Assembly: GCF_000008665.1 (NCBI RefSeq)
Contig: NC_000917.1
Coordinates: 210,001-242,000, forward strand
Source of the DNA: Archaeoglobus fulgidus DSM 4304
GTDB taxonomy: Archaea > Halobacteriota > Archaeoglobi > Archaeoglobales > Archaeoglobaceae
Direction of reading: 5' to 3'
Length of the DNA stretch: 32,000 bases
Part shown: one piece after another, positions 30,673-32,000 of the stretch
Layout: every line of letters begins with the position of its first letter
Position numbering within the stretch: the first letter of the stretch is position 1
Program-made: the position numbers and the translations under genes
The notes under the pieces: model-generated
What the model saw: only the letters and a program-made list of their open reading frames with translations
The model's database searches: none
What the model was told of the DNA's origin: nothing

Positions 30673-31983
30673 TTATTTAGAAACCAAAACAGCAAGTAAA
30701 GTAACCACAACTCTGGTAAGGCTGATAGCTGCTACAAACAAAAACATCCAGAATATCCACTGCAGGCTAATCGCGGAAAGCAGGCAGAAAATCATGATCA
30801 GAAAAATCCTCTCATCCCTTTTTCCGGGAATGTAGTTCAGCACGCGAAACTTTCCGAATATGCTCTCTCCGAACTCCGCCTTGTACTTCTCGGAGGTGTA
30901 GCTGACCATCACACTCCCGAAGATCGCAAACATAGCTACGGTTGCCGTTTTTGGATACAGGAGAGCGATTATTGCGAGAAAAAGGAAATCGACGAACCTG
31001 TCCAGAATTGAATCAACATACCCGCCTTTTTTGGACATTTTCAGTGAGGCTCTTGCTATCTCCCCATCACACCCGTCGAGAATTGAGGAGAACTGGTACA
31101 GCAGGCCTGCTAAGGGAATCGAAAAAAAGCTTGCTAAGGCGGAAAAAGCTCCGACAAGGAAAGAGATAAGAGTCATCTGGTTGGGGTTGACTTTATTAAC
31201 GATGGCTGCCGAAATTCTCGTCGAGATTTTCCTGTTGATTTTCCTTGAAATAAACCCGTCCCCGGAGCCCTTGACTGCAGCAGACACCAAGGCTCTATTA
31301 GCCCTCCTAACGTCCTCCTTTGTGTCCACATCCATCCATAGCTCCCCATCAACGTAAGTTACAGGCAGTCTGGCGAGTTTAACAATCTCGCTCAGCGGTA
31401 TCTCCTCCCTGTCTCTGAGCTTTTCAGCATGCTCGAAGATTGAATCATCCAGGACGAAAAATCCAGTGTCAACGCAGTCAAACTCCCTCAAATCTTTGCC
31501 GATCTTCGCCACTCTGCCGTCCTCCACTCTAATCTTCGTGGCCTCCCCAATGTCGACAAACCTCGGCTCTCTGTCCGCTATAACCCCTTCCCCCCTCACA
31601 GCCTTTTCGATGAACTGCTGGCTGTACACGTGGTCGCCCATGGTCAGAATGAACCTGTCCTCTACATGGTTTTTGGCAACAAGCAGGGAGTAGCCGTTTC
31701 CCTTCTCGGGCCTGTCATGCCTGACTATCTTGTAATTGAAACCCTTATCCTTCAAAAACGCGTCGATGTCATCAGCGTAGCGACTTGCCACGATTATGAA
31801 CTCCGAAACGTGGGGGGAGAGGAGCTTCATGGTTCTTAAAATTATTTCACAGCCACCAACTCTGACCAAAGGCTTTGGAACACCACCAAGCCTCGTGCCC
31901 AATCCAGCGGCAAGTATAACCGCCTTCATCAATTTTATTCTTCCTGCAAAGATTTTTAAGTATTCTCCGTCAACATTTATCAT
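30673..31983 (-). CDS. Bifunctional CTP:inositol-1-phosphate cytidylyltransferase / di-myo-inositol-phosphate-phosphate synthase (IPCT/DIPPS)
   Basis: N-terminal NTP-transferase domain (KAVILAAGLGTRLGGVPKPLV). The C-terminal membrane domain carries the CDP-alcohol phosphatidyltransferase motif DGCDGEIARASLKMSKKGGYVDSILD (DGx2ARx8Gx3Dx3D). The true start may be ATG 31929 (MKAVILAAG). Confidence 0.85.
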   Translation of the reverse strand: MINVDGEYLKIFAGRIKLMKAVILAAGLGTRLGGVPKPLVRVGGCEIILRTMKLLSPHVSEFIIVASRYADDIDAFLKDKGFNYKIVRHDRPEKGNGYSLLVAKNHVEDRFILTMGDHVYSQQFIEKAVRGEGVIADREPRFVDIGEATKIRVEDGRVAKIGKDLREFDCVDTGFFVLDDSIFEHAEKLRDREEIPLSEIVKLARLPVTYVDGELWMDVDTKEDVRRANRALVSAAVKGSGDGFISRKINRKISTRISAAIVNKVNPNQMTLISFLVGAFSALASFFSIPLAGLLYQFSSILDGCDGEIARASLKMSKKGGYVDSILDRFVDFLFLAIIALLYPKTATVAMFAIFGSVMVSYTSEKYKAEFGESIFGKFRVLNYIPGKRDERIFLIMIFCLLSAISLQWIFWMFLFVAAISLTRVVVTLLAVLVSK

Positions 31984-32000
31984 GGGTGCGGATATTGGTG

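Noticed and set aside
30504-30710. A 68-aa minus-strand ORF.
   Set aside because: It runs antisense straight through tRNA-Asn (30567-30639), and its protein has no recognisable features.
1-32000. A window-wide scan for CRISPR repeats, IS or transposase genes, rRNA genes and long tandem repeats.
   Set aside because: I saw no regularly spaced direct repeats, no transposase or integrase-like ORFs and no rRNA-like sequence. The only repeats found are the short ones reported as findings.

Overview
This 32 kb window is a gene-dense euryarchaeal chromosome segment of about 48% GC. It uses frequent GTG/TTG starts, 4-nt start/stop overlaps, and A/T boxes about 25 nt upstream of start codons (leaderless-style promoters). 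From memory, the gene set and order fit Archaeoglobus fulgidus roughly AF0233-AF0263: the UPF0066/TsaA-like protein, Orc1/Cdc6, the DUF401 membrane protein and the bifunctional IPCT/DIPPS. I could not run any search to confirm this.

Most of the window is ordinary housekeeping. It includes an HtpX protease, a Na+/solute symporter, Cbf5, a purine PRTase plus adenine deaminase, and an NDP-sugar-type nucleotidyltransferase coupled to a COG1031-type radical SAM/HhH enzyme. It also includes Orc1/Cdc6, feoB plus a DtxR-like/FeoA protein, an AP-superfamily phosphodiesterase, an OYE flavoenzyme and a CaCA-like exchanger. The remaining calls are Trm112-pyrG-guaA(B), a Nox/CoADR-type oxidoreductase, PurP, GluRS, an acyl-CoA synthetase and IPCT/DIPPS. 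There are four tRNA genes: Ser-GCU, Val-CAC, Asn-GUU, and Asp-GUC with a 35-nt intron.

I found no CRISPR array, IS element, integrase or large novel system. The leads I consider most worth a second look are:
1. A strand-specific single-hairpin H/ACA-like sRNA candidate with a K-loop and ACA box in the cdc6/dtxR-like spacer (10968-11026).
2. A DtxR/IdeR-type iron-box-like palindrome between the TATA box and start codon of feoB.
3. A small decayed accessory islet (23.8-25.5 kb) abutting the tRNA-Val 3' end. It holds toxin-antitoxin stumps, an intact MNT next to a wrecked HEPN gene, and a membrane-protein gene split by two homopolymer frameshifts.
4. An unlisted 47-codon two-TM ORF coupled to the symporter.
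5. Inverted TTTCCATT repeats upstream of cdc6.

All family assignments rest on motifs read by eye. No BLAST, HMM, tRNAscan or covariance search was possible.
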